Of a DNA stretch of 42,961 bases, positions 22,646 through 36,726 are shown one piece after another. Location of the stretch: NCBI RefSeq assembly GCF_006345805.1, contig NW_021835186.1:1-42961 (forward strand), given 5' to 3'. The first letter of the stretch is position 1; each line of letters opens with the position of its first letter. Below the pieces are notes generated by a model. It ran no database searches. It saw nothing but the letters and a program-made list of their open reading frames with translations, and was not told the origin of the DNA. Position numbers and translations under genes: made by a program. The DNA comes from Octopus sinensis (lineage: Eukaryota).

Positions 22646-22905
22646 AGTTCACGTGACCGACCAGACTATTAGGTGTTACACATTGCTGGTCACAATGTGC
22701 TTTTGCATTGTTTTAGCCTTCATATGACGCCACCCCACTGGCTATACGAGCAGGTCAACAATCCCCCCTCATCGAAGGGGGACTGGAGCGATGTGAAACG
22801 AAGTGTTTTGCTCAAGAACACAACGCGCCGCACAGTCTGGGAATCGAACCCACGATCTAGCGATCGTGAGTGCAACAGCCTAACCACTAGGCTACGTGCC
22901 TTCAC
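22646..22905 (-). mobile_element. tRNA-derived SINE (OR2-like head and core, distinct tail T3)
   Basis: Minus strand GTGAAGGCACGTAGCCTAGTGG..GTTCGATTCCC..TTGTGTTCTTGAGCAAAACACTT, then a tail unlike that of 3002-3324. Confidence 0.85.
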
Positions 22906-22934
22906 ACAGTTACAGTTATATAGGTGAATATCGA

Positions 22935-23175
22935 TTTATCTTTTATCTTTTACTTGTTTCGGTCATTAGACTACGGACATGCCGGGGTACCGCTTTGAAG
23001 GATTTTTAGTCCAACGAATCGATCCCAGTTCCTTTTTCTTTAAAGCTTGGTACTTATTCTATCGATCTCTTTTGTTGAACTTCTAAGATACGGGGACGTA
23101 TACACACCCACCAACATCGGTTGTCAAGTGGCGATGGGAGACAGAGACTCAAAGACACACAGATATATATATATG
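22935..23175 (-). mobile_element. OK-like SINE 3' half
   Basis: TTTTACTTGTTTCGGTCATT..GTACTTATTCTATCG..GGGGACGT..CATCGGTTGTCAAG. Confidence 0.85.
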
Positions 23176-23344
23176 AAAGTCTATGAGGATTACTTAACAC
23201 AGTTTTTGAAGTGTGAAGATGATTTTTTAAAAAAATGTTACGAAATAGGGACATTAAATATTAGGCTGTCAAATAAAATTCCTTTTTCTTTCTTTTACTT
23301 GTCACTCCATCGTCATTTGTCTGAAAAGAAGTAAAATTTATTCA

Positions 23345-23700
23345 CATGGTTCCGGGTTCAGTCCCACTGCGTGGCATCTTGGGCAAGTGTCTTCTGCTAT
23401 AGCCCCGGGTCGACCAATGCCTTGTGAGTGGATTTGGTAGACGGAAACCGAAAGAAGCCTGCCGTATATATGTATATATATATATATATGTATGTATGTG
23501 TGTGTGCGTTTGTCCCCCTAGCATTGCTTGACAACCGATGCTGGTGTGTTTACGTCACCGTCACATAGCGGTTCGGCAAAAAAGACCGATAGAATAAGTA
23601 CTGGGCTTACAAAGAATAAGTCCCGGGGTCGATTTGCTCGACTAAAGGCGGTGCTCCAGTATGGCAGCAGTAAAATGACTGAAACAAGTAAAACAGAAAA
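23345..23700 (+). mobile_element. OK-like SINE, 5'-truncated, low divergence
   Basis: CATGGTTCCGGGTTCAGTCCCACTGCGTGGC...GGGGTCGATTTGCTCGACTAAAGGCGGTGCTCCAG...GACTGAAACAAGTAAAA. Confidence 0.92.
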
Positions 23701-23779
23701 TATGTTATGGGGATGTTACTAACCTTTTTCGGAAAAAAGTTTTTTTTTCTAGTGTGTGAGCGCTTTCGTTAAACCTTTT

Positions 23780-23940
23780 CAAACACAGGTTTCTTTCAGT
23801 TTTCATCTACCAAATCCACTGACAAGGCTTTGGTCGGCCCGAGAATATAGTAGAAGGCACTTGCCCAAGGTACCACGCAATGACAATGAATCCGGAACCG
23901 CGTGGTTGGGAAACAAACTTTTTACCACACAGCCACACCT
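23780..23940 (-). mobile_element. OK-like SINE head
   Basis: CTACCAAATCCACT..GGTCGGCCCGAG..GGCACTTGCCCAAGG..TTACCACACAGCCAC. Confidence 0.85.
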
Positions 23941-25144
23941 TGTCAATATAAAAAGACGTTTGATGTCTGATTTCCTTTATTACACTATCTATTACTTAAA
24001 TGTTGTGGAACGTAAAACAGGAGAGTAGGTTAGATACCATTAAAAAAAAATCTCGTTATTCAATTTCCTTTCAAAGCAAACAAGTCCTTAACTGAGAGAG
24101 TGAGAGAGAATGGAGTCCTCCCAATCCAAGGGCATATCACGTCAGTGGTGAACTTAAACCCGATGGCATACCTCAGCTGCTATGAAACTTCTTATGACGA
24201 TCGATGATATGATCACTTTGATCTAGCAGCAGATATTGTGGATTAGGGCAGAGTTGAACTAAAAAGGACTTATAAAGTATTAACAATTATAATAGACGCA
24301 CATCGATTTTCCGGAACCTTTCCTGATTACAAATTTTTTTTTCCGAACCAGAGGTGGTCACCTTGGTCAACATAATCTAATTTAAATGCATATCAAATTA
24401 AATGTAAGGGTATTTGTACATTAGTTGGGATTATAAAATTTTACGGACTATCAGTGTCCGGAAAATTGACTTTGTACCTGTACGTATTTGTTGTCTAGTC
24501 ACGATTTACATCTATGATCAAAGGTATTTCAATTATGACGATCTCGTCTTTTCACATGCGAATACATTCTGTAATGTGTCCTTCCGTTTTTAGAAAAAAC
24601 CAGTAGGTTGTAATTTATTAGAATTTGGTTGTTATCTCGACTAACAACATAGAGGCACGATCGTAGGCTACTTAAAACACATAACTTACAGACAATTGAA
24701 TAAATTTAATAACAAGCCTGTCTTGTAATCGAAGCAAACATAGAGGAACTGTGGAATTACTTTCTACGGAAAGATTTCACTTCCGGTAATATTTCCACTC
24801 ATCCTCGTGTTATAATAATAATAAACAGGTTGCCAGATTTCACAAAATTTACAATGTTAGGCAATATATAATAAGGCAGATTTTGCTAGATCTGCAAACA
24901 GCCCTAATTCATCTCTACATCATGATGTCAAGAATTCATATTTAACTACTGAATACAATTTGACTAACCTGATTCTGAAAATTGAGCAAAAACAAAAACA
25001 AAAAAAAAGACAAAAAACAGCAACTGTTACAAATTCTATCCGCTATTATGCAGCCTTGTTTTCTATATTTTCCTATATCTTTTACAGCTAGGGCACCAAA
25101 AATCTTAAATATTGAGGTGCAGAAAACACACACACACACACACA

Positions 25145-25369
25145 TAAGGTGGTCAGTTAAATTCGTTCATTTTCCTCCATTCATTTTAATTCTTTCCAAA
25201 GTTATCTGAACACGAAAAATATTTTTACCGTAGTGTTTTATGCCTCTATTCTTCCTCTACAACTTTTGTATACCACTTTTGAAATTTGAATAAATTTTAC
25301 TTTTTTTCAGACAAATGACGATGGAGTGGCAAGTAAAAGAAAGAAAAAGGAATTTATTTGACAGCCTAA
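25145..25369. mobile_element. Diverged Tc1/mariner MITE (TIRs related to 13336-13589; body shared with 40411-40659)
   Basis: Left end AAGGTGGTCAGTTAAATTCGTTCA; right end GAATTTATTTGACAGCCTAA + TA. Internal AACGAAAAATATTTTTAC.GTAG is shared with ~40483-40506. Confidence 0.7.
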
Positions 25370-26189
25370 TATTTAATGTCCCTATTATTTTTCATAATTA
25401 ACGTGTCAAAACCCTAAATATATGACGCTTATTGAAGTGCAAAGGAAGAATTATATATATATAAATAAAGGATTCGGGCGAAAAACGTTCTCAGAACAAT
25501 GTATTAAATGTCATTTATTGTAAGATTCGTTTGAGAAACAGAAACTCTATTTTTATAACACGAGACACAGAGAATGCGGGGGGTGGGGGCGTAGCACTCT
25601 AAATTCTGCGGCGAAATTTTGTAGTTTCTTCCATAAAACTCTCGATCGAAGAGCAGATGGTAGAATCAGAAGAGCCTTAGACAAAAGTATCGTCTTCCAT
25701 TTGGTTATGTTGTTTCATTTTCCGAGTTCAAATCTTGCCCGGATCATTATTGCTTGTCGTTCTTTCTAAATTGATAAAAATAGTTATCTTGCAAGTACTG
25801 GAGTGGATAAATCAAATGATAATAATAATAATCCTTGAAAATTGTGCCAGTCTAGACTAAGCAACATTTGACAATTTAGTATTTTTTCACAGGCAGGATT
25901 AAAAAGGCCCATTCCCACCTAATTTTGATCTTTTTTTTTTAAAGATTTTTGTTAATAACGACCTAAAAATGCTATATATTAGCAATGTTACAAGCATTCA
26001 AGAGTTCAGTGAAATTATTTCAATGTCTCATTTAATGATGAAATTAAGTATAGTTCAATAACCTTGTGTGTTCGTCATCCTTGTTTATCTTTCGAACGTT
26101 AGCTTCTTTAAGAAAGTACAAACGCAAAAATTTCATCTTAGGTGCAAATGTCTTCTACTACATTCTTGAACCAATCAGTGCCGTTTCAG

Positions 26190-26432
26190 TGGATTGGTAT
26201 GTGTGTGAACGAGTGTGTGCGCACGCGCGTACTTTTGCTTTCTCACACCTTTTGATAACCGGTGTTCGTGACTTCACGTTACCGCAGCTGAGAGGTTCGG
26301 CAAAAATAGTCCAATAGAATTGGACTAGATTTACAAGTAAGCAGTGGAGTTTATTTGATTGACTGAACCCTTTAGGTCGGTGCTCCAGCATTGGCCGCAG
26401 TCCAATGACTGGAAAAAGTAAAAGAACAAGAA
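26190..26432 (+). mobile_element. OK-like SINE 3' half, diverged
   Basis: GGTTCGGCAAAA..ATAGAAT..GACTGAACCC..GGTGCTCCAGCATTGGCCGCAGTCCAATGACTG. Confidence 0.75.
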
Positions 26433-27399
26433 AGGAAAGTTTGAGATCCTACCGTATGGAAATTGTGTTTTATGATGGCTGTGAAAACCTCCAGTTGTCA
26501 GCCACTACTGGTTTCCTTCAAGAGAAATTTTTAATCAGAGCCGTTTCGTACATAACATTTTCCCTCCAAGATAAATCGAAGAATAAAGCAAAACAGAACA
26601 TAGTTGCAAACTGCCATGGCGATTCTTTAATCTTGCCGCTTACTATTAGCGCTCTCAACTTTGCTCAGTTACGGGTCGATCACGGGATTCATTTAGACTT
26701 GTGCCATTATCATTTCAATACTAGTATAATGCCACTCGGATTCTTTTAATACATTACCTTAATAGGATCCGCTTCAACACACGCTGTTATTCTGTCTTGT
26801 CTTCGCTACGAAACCCTTACAATATATCTTCTGATTATCAATATCAACAAATGAATAGATTGGCTACCATTTTACTTCAACCCTACTGTTAACAACCGCA
26901 AAATATGTTCTAATTGTCATCTCTCCACTTAATATGATTTTATTTATTGAAATCATTAGCCATGAATAACGAACAGCTTTTCAGACCTTAGTTTACAAGA
27001 AACAGGATTTTATCCATAATAAGTTTATGGTTCCAGTCAACTTTATAAGAAAAGACCGTTGCAATTTTCTTTATATCTCTCAGTATTCTAACAAACTGGC
27101 CTTGCGCCCCGCCACACACACACACATCTTGTACGATTATGAAGACAACTACTTGCGACAGCCTTAGATACATCAGTGTACGTGCATTTCAGCTAGAGTG
27201 TTCTTGACTAACTTTTACCGACCTATTTCCAGAAACTGCTTCGATCTTCATCAACATGGGAGAAAATGCTGAAATCGATATACTTCTAAAATATAGTAGA
27301 ATGCACTACCAATGATAGTCATTAGGAAATCTCAAACTTCAAGGAATGTTTGGAAGTCTCATTAGAGACTCATGGTATTGTTTCCTACAAATACAGAAT

Positions 27400-27625
27400 T
27401 ATTCTTATTCCAACATCATATTGCTAAACAAAGCAACATTACTATGTTGGTGTGCAAAATCTGGATAAAATGATCGAACATGTAGCTAGTTCAATGTTAT
27501 AGAAGGCTTTAAATCACTCATTTAATTCTATATGCCTCATTGATCTAAATGTCGAAAATAGGGGACATCTCTTCTGGGAATGCGACCAAGCTACGTACAA
27601 CTGGGAATTGGTTCAATTTATTTTT
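27400..27625 (+). pseudogene. Possible L1/Tx1-type LINE ORF2 C-terminal zinc-knuckle remnant
   Basis: SICLIDLNVENRGHLFWECDQATYNWELV resembles C-x2-C-x4-E-x3-HLFWEC-x6-W. Heavily degraded. Confidence 0.35.
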
Positions 27626-27764
27626 CTTCTTCAGAAACTGGTTTGAGTCGGCAGTAGTTGCTTATATCAAAAGGTCGTTCTTTTACGCTTTTATCGAAGC
27701 TTCCTCTACATATAACTGCAAACAAAAGATTGTTGACATTTTACGAAAAACATTTTTGGCGGGA

Positions 27765-28148
27765 TGCAGGTATGGCGGTATGGTTAAAAAGCTCGCTTTG
27801 TAACCATATAGTTTCAGGTTCAGTCGCACTGCGCAGCACCTTGGACAAGTGTCTCCTACTATAGCCCCGGGCCGACAAAGGTTTTGTGAGTGGATTGGTC
27901 GACGAAAACTGATAGCTCATCATATATAAATTTGTGTGTGCTTGTGTTTATCTCCCACCACCGCTTGAAAACCAGCGATGGTAGGCGACGTCCCCGTAAC
28001 CTAGCGGTTCGACAAAAAATACTTATAGAATAATTTCCAGACTTAAGAAAAATAAGTACTAGGGTCGATTTGTTCGATCAAACCCTTCCAGTCAGTGTCC
28101 CAGCATGGCCGCGGTCCAATGACTGAAACAAAAGATAAAAGGACAAGA
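27765..28148 (+). mobile_element. OK-like SINE, full length, diverged
   Basis: Head GGTATGGCGGTATGGTTAAAAAGCTCGC..GGTTCAGTCGC, centre CCTTGGACAAGTGTC, tail GGGTCGATTTGTTCGA..CATGGCCGCGG..GACTGAAAC. Confidence 0.88.
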
Positions 28149-29811
28149 ATCTTTTAATATAATCAAATTTTTTCGAGAAATTATCACCATCCACATAAAC
28201 AATTTTAATCTCTAAATTCAGTCCTGAAACATAATTCTGCTGATTAATTAAACATTTGATCCGCTTCGTCATTTCAATTTAGTTAAATTAGTTCCTTTCT
28301 TGTAGAAACCCTCTCATATCACATTTCCATCTGATTGCTGCTAGGACCTGTTTCTAACCCTAGCTAAACTTCAACCAAAAGTCATGGTTAGCATCATAGT
28401 TAGTATTGGAGAGAAGTCTCTAACACCAAACGTATCATATCACTACTTTAGTATGGGATACTTATTCTTTTTCTAAGACGATATGATTTTTTTTCTATAA
28501 GTATATCACGATTCTATTCCAGCTTATTCGATCTGTATTAACTATGACCAGCAAATTCCTTCTTATTAATCCAGTTCTGTTCTAAAACAAGGGTGCACTG
28601 GGCAGTTAGTTGTTGGCAGGAAGCCCCAGTGCTTAATCTGTCAATTAAAGTATATGGGGGTCCAATGCATTGCTTTGCCAGGAGGCCTATGAGGCTTGCT
28701 AAGATGGGTCTGACTGAGCCTGACTATATTTTTACTGTTATTCATATTTTCAGTAGAGTTTTCTGCATTTTCAACAACGTGTACACAATAATTAAACGCA
28801 AATAATCATTCAAGATCGACACGAAAAATAGACTGATTAAGAAAAAGAACGTACGGTTTGGTCCATGATCAAGCAAACCTATGCGCCAAAGCATTCCAGA
28901 CATGCCCATCCTGGTTTCCCAGTCGTTGGCAAACCTTTCCTACATTATCTATTGTCGCCATTAAAAAAAAAAAAAAAAAAGGTGCGGTTTTAGCGAGATT
29001 TAGCTATTTCTAGATTTCGATAAACGACGACGAGACACCCTCGTCATTTCAGAATATTATTCGATTATCGGTTTCAAACAGCGGCTGTGACTATGCTGGG
29101 CACTGGACAAACTTACAAGTGTGATAATTAAATACCTCCAGAAAGTTTAATTATATTATTATTTCTTCTGTTAGTACTTTTTGATTTAGTGCTCTGTAAA
29201 ATTAACTAACTTAGAGTCCCCCTTGCGCTAACGAATCGAGTGTGTTAAGAGATACAACAGCAGTTAGCACATAAAGGTTTGAAACAGCCAAAGCGTATTG
29301 AGTTAAGAGTGAATACGTAAGACATGTAATTCTAATTTATATTGTAGTGGAAGTATAAAAAAGAACTAATTTCGAAACTAAACTATTTAGATTACAGAAA
29401 AATCTAAATAGATCCAAAATTACTTTCATTTATAGCATACGGTAATGGTGGTGACTTTTTTCTTACATAATTATAAAGAGGTGAACGACATATCTATATA
29501 AATCAACAAAATTAAAAAGATCAATATTTTATAATAGGTCAGTCAGATTTACAAGACGCTTAACTACCTAATATTACCACATTTCTTATTGTTCTCACTT
29601 TTTACTCAATCCTTTAAAGGCATCTCTTGATGGTGATGATGGCGACAGTGAAGAAAGAAACAGACTGTGTAAATAACGTTTGTCCCCATCCCCTCTTTTA
29701 AATCATGATTAAAATTTTCATTTAATAGTCTATACTTAAAAAAAAGGGGGTCTGTACAATCTGTTAATCAATCCATGACGAAATATTTCATTAATTCCAC
29801 AGATAAATGAG

Positions 29812-30030
29812 AGCGACAGTCTGGCAGAATCGTTAGCATGCCGGACAACATACTTAGCGGCACTTCTTCCGACTTTTTACGTTCTGAGTTCAAATTTCGC
29901 CGAGGTTGACATTACATTTCATCCCTTTCGGGGTCGATAAAATAAAGTAGCTTTGAAGCATTGAGATCGATACAATCAACTTGCTGCCTCCACTTGACAT
30001 AACTAGCTTTGTGCCAAAATTAAAAAGAGG
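29812..30030 (+). mobile_element. Nin-domain-like SINE
   Basis: CTGGCAGAATCGTTAGCATGCCGG..GTTCTGAGTTCAAATTTCGCCGAGG..TTTCATCCCTTTCGGGGTCGATAAAATAAAGTA..TTTGTGCCAAAAT. Confidence 0.85.
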
Positions 30031-30639
30031 TTAATTCTAATTCTTCGAATTAACGCAACAAATTTTCGTAAAACCAATGTTTTTATGAATATAAAAACTG
30101 AAGCAGATCTTTTCCTTCCAAATTACTGTTATAAAAGAATGGACGGTACTCGCAGATTATTCTTTCTTTCTTTTTTTTTTTCAAATAAATTGAAAAAAAA
30201 AAAGAAGAAAAACCTTTCCGTACATTCATTCAAGTGCTTTTTTTTTTTGGTATTTGTTTTTGTCATTTTTCTAACAGTAAAACGTTAATATATTTAACGG
30301 AGCTAGTCTTAAACTTATTTCAAGTTTATTTGGCACTTTTCTATACCATTACTACATTACTTAGCATCAACCTACTTAATGACAAATAGATGTTGCCACA
30401 CGTATTTTTGCACTTGTGTAATTGACAGACGTTTGTGAAGGTTATCTCACTTTGAGATCTACTTCTAATGGCAATTCTAATCTTCTAAATTGCTTTGATA
30501 CATACACGCACACACACATAAATATATGTATTATGCATAGATATATATGTATGTGTGTGTGTGTGCATATATATGTAAACATATATAGACCCTATATATA
30601 CAAAATATATATAATGTTATAAGCATTTTCTTTAAACAT

Positions 30640-30888
30640 GGCGGCGACCTGGTAGAATCGTCAGCACGCTTCACTGATTGACAGCATTTTTTTACGTTCT
30701 GAGTTCAAATTTCACCGATGTCCACTTTGTTTTTCATCCTATTTTGGCGAAGGCGAGGCTGTGTGGTAAGAAGTTTGCTTTTCGACCACGTGGCTCTGAG
30801 TTTAGTCCCAATACATGGTACCGGACAGGCCAAAGATTTGAGAGTGGATTGGTAGACGGAAAGTGTAAGACTCCCGTCGTAAATAAAT

Positions 30889-30950
<62 letters not shown>

Positions 30951-31165
30951 TAATATCTGTGTCTGCGTTTGTTCCACCACCAGCTCTTGAGAACCGGCGT
31001 TGGTCTGTTTACATCTCCTTAACTTAGCGCTTCGGCATATGAGCCCGACAGAATAAGTACCAGGCTTTAAAAATAAGTACTGAGGTCGATTCATTCGAGT
31101 AAAACCGTTCAAGGCGGTGCCCAGCATGGCCATAATCTAAAAACAGAAACAAAAGATAAAAGATG
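30640..31165 (+). mobile_element. Nin-like SINE head (30640-30745) followed by an OK-like SINE (30748-31165)
   Basis: CTGGTAGAATCG..GTTCTGAGTTCAAATTTC..TTTCATCC, then GCTGTGTGGTAAGAAGTTTGC...GGTCGATTCATTCGA..GGCGGTGCCCAGCATGGCC. Confidence 0.8.
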
Positions 31166-31179
31166 TGTTATAGATGTTA

Positions 31180-31202
31180 TTTGTGTGTGTGTGTGTGTGT
31201 GT

Positions 31203-31246
<44 letters not shown>

Positions 31247-31262
31247 TGTGCGTGCGCGCGCG
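31180..31262. repeat. (TG)n microsatellite
   Basis: Direct reading. Confidence 0.95.
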
Positions 31263-31719
31263 CAAAACAGATATTTATGAATTCGCCCATTCGTTTTAAC
31301 GTCCGTTTTACCATGTAATCACGCATTAAAGACTATATTATTATTATTACAAGCCTGAAGCCCTTGTTGCCGCTAATCCTTACTTGTTTTTCAAGTAAAA
31401 GAACTCTTACTTCGCATGTCTTCGAAGGAGCAAAAATCTACGGCTGATTTGTTGAATGGAGCAATGTATGACACTAAGTCCATTGCTTGTAGCCCATGAA
31501 TTTCAAGTGCAAACACATATAAAAAGCACATGCACGTGTTAAGTTATGGAGAATTATCTTCTATATACGTGCGCCCGTACACGCACACACAAATATAAAC
31601 ACACTTATATGCACAGAAAAAAAAAACATGAAATTTTTTCTCTCGTGGTAAATATCGCAGTACTTGTGCGTTCTAACGCAATATCCACTTTTAAGTGGTG
31701 TGTGTGTATATATATATTA

Positions 31720-32010
31720 TGAAGGCGCATGGCTTAGTGGTTAGTGTGTTGCACTCACGATTGTGAGATCGTGGGTTCCATTCCCAGACCGGGCGTTGCG
31801 TTATGTTCATGAGCAAAGCACTTCATTTCACGTTGCTCTGCGATCATTTCGAAATCTGACATGTGGTACCCGGTTACACCTGTACAAGTAATGTCGATTT
31901 GATGGAGCGAGTGAGCTTATATGTACACAGACATTTGATCACTATAAACAAATCATGTGTGGTTGTTCGGTAAGAAATTGTCGAAACCTCATACGTCGTC
32001 AAACAACGGA
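31720..32010 (+). mobile_element. tRNA-derived SINE (OR2-like head and core, tail T4)
   Basis: TGAAGGCGCATGGCTTAGTGG..GGGTTCCATTCCC..TTCATGAGCAAAGCACTT..TTGCTCTGCGATCA. The tail matches the reverse complement of 38130-38290. Confidence 0.85.
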
Positions 32011-32019
32011 AGAGTCCAT

Positions 32020-33016
32020 AATATACATTACATACACACACACACATATATATATATACATATATATACATACACACACACATATATATATACACATATA
32101 TATATATACATACACACACACACACATATATATATATACACATACATACATATATACATATATATATCATATATATATATATATTATACATATATATAAT
32201 ATACATACATACATACATATATATATAGACATATATATATATATATATATACATATTATATATACACACATACATACTATATATATACATATTATATACA
32301 TATATATACAACATATATATACATATATATACATATATATATACATATATATATACTATATATATATACATATATATACATATATAGATATACATACATA
32401 TACATACATTTATATACATACATATATATACGTATATATACATATATAGATACATACATATATATACATATATATATACATACATATATATACATATATA
32501 TATACATACATATATATATACATATATATATACATACATATATATAATACATACATACATATATACATACATATATATATATACATACATACATATATAC
32601 ATACATAATATATATATATACATATATATATACATATATATATATACATTATATATACATATGTATACATATATATATACATATGTATACATATATATAT
32701 ACATATATATATATACATAATATATACTATATATACATATATATATACATATATATACATATATATACATATATATAACATACATATATTATATACATAT
32801 ATATAATATACATACATATATACATATATATACTATATATATACATACATATATATATATATATACATATATATATACATACATATATATATATATATAC
32901 ACATATATATATACATACATATATATATATATATACATACATATATATATATACATACATATATATATATACATACATATATATATATACATACATACAT
33001 ATAAATATATACATAC

Positions 33017-33053
<37 letters not shown>

Positions 33054-33437
33054 CATACATATATATATATATACATATACATATATATACATACATATAT
33101 ATATATATACACATACATATACATAAACATACATATATATATATATACATACATATACATATATATATACATACATATTATATACATAATATATATACAT
33201 CATATATATACATATATATACATAATATATACATATATATAATATACATATATATATACATATATATACATATATATATATACATACATATACATACATT
33301 TATATACATACATATATATACGTATATATACATATATATATACATACATATATATACATATATATATACATACATATATATACATATAATATATACATAC
33401 ATATATATATACATATATATACATACATATAATATAC

Positions 33438-33470
<33 letters not shown>

Positions 33471-33471
33471 C

Positions 33472-33502
<31 letters not shown>

Positions 33503-34239
33503 CGTATATATACATATATATATACATATATTATACATATATATATACATATGTATACATATATATACATATGTATACTATATATATACATATATAGATA
33601 TACATATATATATACATATATATACATATATATATACATACATATATATACATATATATACATATATATATACATACATATATATATATACACATATATA
33701 TATACATACATATATATACATATATATACATATATATATACATACTATATATATATATATATACATATATATATACATACATATATATATATATATACAC
33801 ATATATATATACATACATATATAATATATATATACATACATATATTATATACATACATATATATATATACATACATATATATATATACATACATACATAT
33901 AAATATATACATACATATATACTACATATATATACATACATATATATATACAACATATATAATATATACATATACATATATATACATACATATATATATA
34001 TATACACATACATATACATACATACATATATTATTATATACATACATAATACATATATATATACATACATATATATATACATACATATATACATACATAT
34101 ACATACATATATACTACATATATATATCATACATATACATACATATATATATACATACATATATACATATATATATACATTCATATATATACATATATAT
34201 ATACATACATATACATATATATATACATACATATATACA

Positions 34240-34277
<38 letters not shown>

Positions 34278-34281
34278 CATA

Positions 34282-34319
<38 letters not shown>

Positions 34320-34373
34320 ATACATACATATACATACATACATATACATACATACATATACATACATACATAC

Positions 34374-34412
<39 letters not shown>
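32020..34412. repeat. ~2.4-kb compound (TA)/(TACA)/(CA) array with an ~890-bp internal duplication
   Basis: Plus strand almost G-free. Rare variant words recur at offsets of 890 and 898 bp. Confidence 0.95.
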
Positions 34413-34415
<3 letters not shown>

Positions 34416-34624
34416 AGCAAAGTAGCTAGTTCTAAAATCTCTGAATGAGATATTAAGTAGTAACGATACTAGATGACAACGTATTTTTTGCCATTATAAC
34501 ATGGTTGTTCTATACGGAACTATGTTACTACATTTTAGCCCCAGGAAAATGTCTTTTCTAGCTGGTTAACGAACAGGCATGATATATTATATATACATAT
34601 ATATAAATTATATATTATCTACAT

Positions 34625-34658
<34 letters not shown>

Positions 34659-35178
34659 ATAATCTACATATATATATATATATAATATATTATCTACACA
34701 CACACATATATATATATATAAATTTATATTATCTACATATATATAATATATATATATATATAAATTTATATATCATCTACATATATATGTGTGTGTGAGG
34801 CACAAAACAGTGTATGTCCCAAAATCTTAAACATAAAGTATATCAAATGATAAAACAACAGGAATTTTAGCCATTGTTTTTGTTTGTAATCGGATAAACG
34901 TCGATAATTGTAAACGGATGTGTTGTTTACCTCTCTCTCTCTCTCTCTCTGCGAGTTAAGAAGGATTGGTCTGTTTGACAGAAAAGTAGAAAAAGATATT
35001 CATTTTAACATATCCATGTGTATTCGATTACATCTACTCTCTTTCTCTCACACACACTTTACACACCACTTATTCATATTTTACAGGACACAATTTGTAA
35101 ACTTTATAATGAATCATTTAGCGTTGTATGCTTAAGGATGTTGATATAGAAACAGAAAGCCAATCTATTCCTTTTGCG

Positions 35179-35221
<43 letters not shown>

Positions 35222-35249
35222 AATTAACGAATTAAGTAATATATATATA

Positions 35250-35757
35250 CCGTAAATCTTTGAGTATAATTCGCCCTTGAGTTTAATACGTAGGGGATTT
35301 TTAGGGTGCTGTACTTCTGAAAAACCTAAACCTTGTGTATAATACGCACCCCTACTCTAACTTGAGTTAAGGTCTATATAACGTCCTTGGTTTGTAAAAA
35401 TGTATACGGTAACGTCCTTTATTATTATTGTACATATAACATAATGCAAACGTGTAGCTTTTTTGTGCATTTTGTTTGCAGAAAATAAAGAAATAACAGT
35501 AATAACAATAATAATGTTTAATAAATGTTGCTTACTGTAAGTTATGGATGATTCTTTTATGACTTCATTGCTTTCAGGCTTAGCTTAAGGTATTTTCGCG
35601 ACCGACATCACAAAATGCGTCTGAATAAACATTGCCGGGCAGCAAATAGAGACTCGGATATTGCTAAGAAATAATTTTCATTTTTATAAAATATGCACTA
35701 GGGATTTTGACCTTTAAATTTTTGGGGGAAATGCGGATTATACACGAGGATTTACGG
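35250..35757. mobile_element. Tc1/mariner-superfamily (pogo/Tc2-like) MITE, 508 bp
   Basis: TA-flanked 25-bp TIRs CCGTAAATCTTTGAGTATAATTCGC vs CCGTAAATCCTCGTGTATAATCCGC. A subterminal repeat TGTGTATAATACGC lies at ~35334. Confidence 0.85.
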
Positions 35758-36354
35758 TATATACTCTTTTTGAATTAAACTAATTTTCACACATTTTTTT
35801 TTTACATAAAATTTACGACATTTTTATCATCTAAGAGAAAGCAATGTCTTTGTTAACTCAAAGGACACAACTAATATAAACAGACCCTCACATTTTTTTC
35901 TCTATCGGCACAACAACGCTAGTATGACTATAACACCCTTCGAATCCGATGAATCACTTGTAAAACAGAAAGAAAATAAGCAAAATCTTATACAACTGAA
36001 TAGCCAGATCCTGAAGAGCATTATTTCTATTGGTAAATTACTTTAAGGGACACCGTATTTTGTTATGTAGCCATGATATATATTACAAAGTATATTAATC
36101 GCTTTAAAAGTCAATATTGAGTCCTACTGTGTTAGCGGTGCTATTAAATCACTTTTCTTAAAAGGCTCTCTACAGATTTTCTATAGAAATTATAGCCAGC
36201 ATTGAGTTATTACGTTTCGTATCGGTATATGTCTAATGTAAACAAAGCGATCAAAGATGGGAAAATAGGTAATAGATGTGTATGCATATTTCAGGGAGTT
36301 ATTGCTCCTTCTTTAGCACCACATGCAACCTATTAACTATCCACGAACTCATTA

Positions 36355-36726
36355 CTCTTTTACTTGTTTCAGTCACTTGACTGTGGCCATGCTGGAGCAC
36401 CGCCTTTTAGTCGACCCTAGGACTTATTCTTTGTAAGCCTAGTACTTATTCTATCGGTCTCTTTTGCTGAATCGCTAAGTTACGGGGACGTAACCACACC
36501 AGCATCGGTTGTCAAGCGATGTTGAGGGGACAAAAACACACACACACACATACATACATATATAGGACGGGCTTCTTTATGTTTCCGTCTACCAAATACA
36601 CTCACAAGGCATTGGTCAGCCCGAGGCTATAGTAGAAGACACGTGCTCAAGGTATCACGCAGTGGGACTGAACCCGTAACCATGTGGTTGGTAAGCAAGC
36701 TACTTACCACACAGCCACTCCTGCGC
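36355..36726 (-). mobile_element. OK-like SINE, full length
   Basis: Complete tail-to-head match to the other copies, including the internal (CA)n. Confidence 0.92.

Noticed and set aside
24297-24482. Possible small Tc1-like MITE (TTTTCCGGA / TCCGGAAAA inverted pair)
   Set aside because: The termini are too degraded to define boundaries or a TSD by eye.
26405-26749. 114-aa ORF
   Set aside because: It starts inside a SINE tail and has no recognisable homology or exon boundaries.
31874-34429. Many long ORFs (up to 303 aa) rich in Y/I/M/C/V/H/T
   Set aside because: These are translations of the TA/TACA microsatellite, which lacks stop codons in several frames; not proteins.
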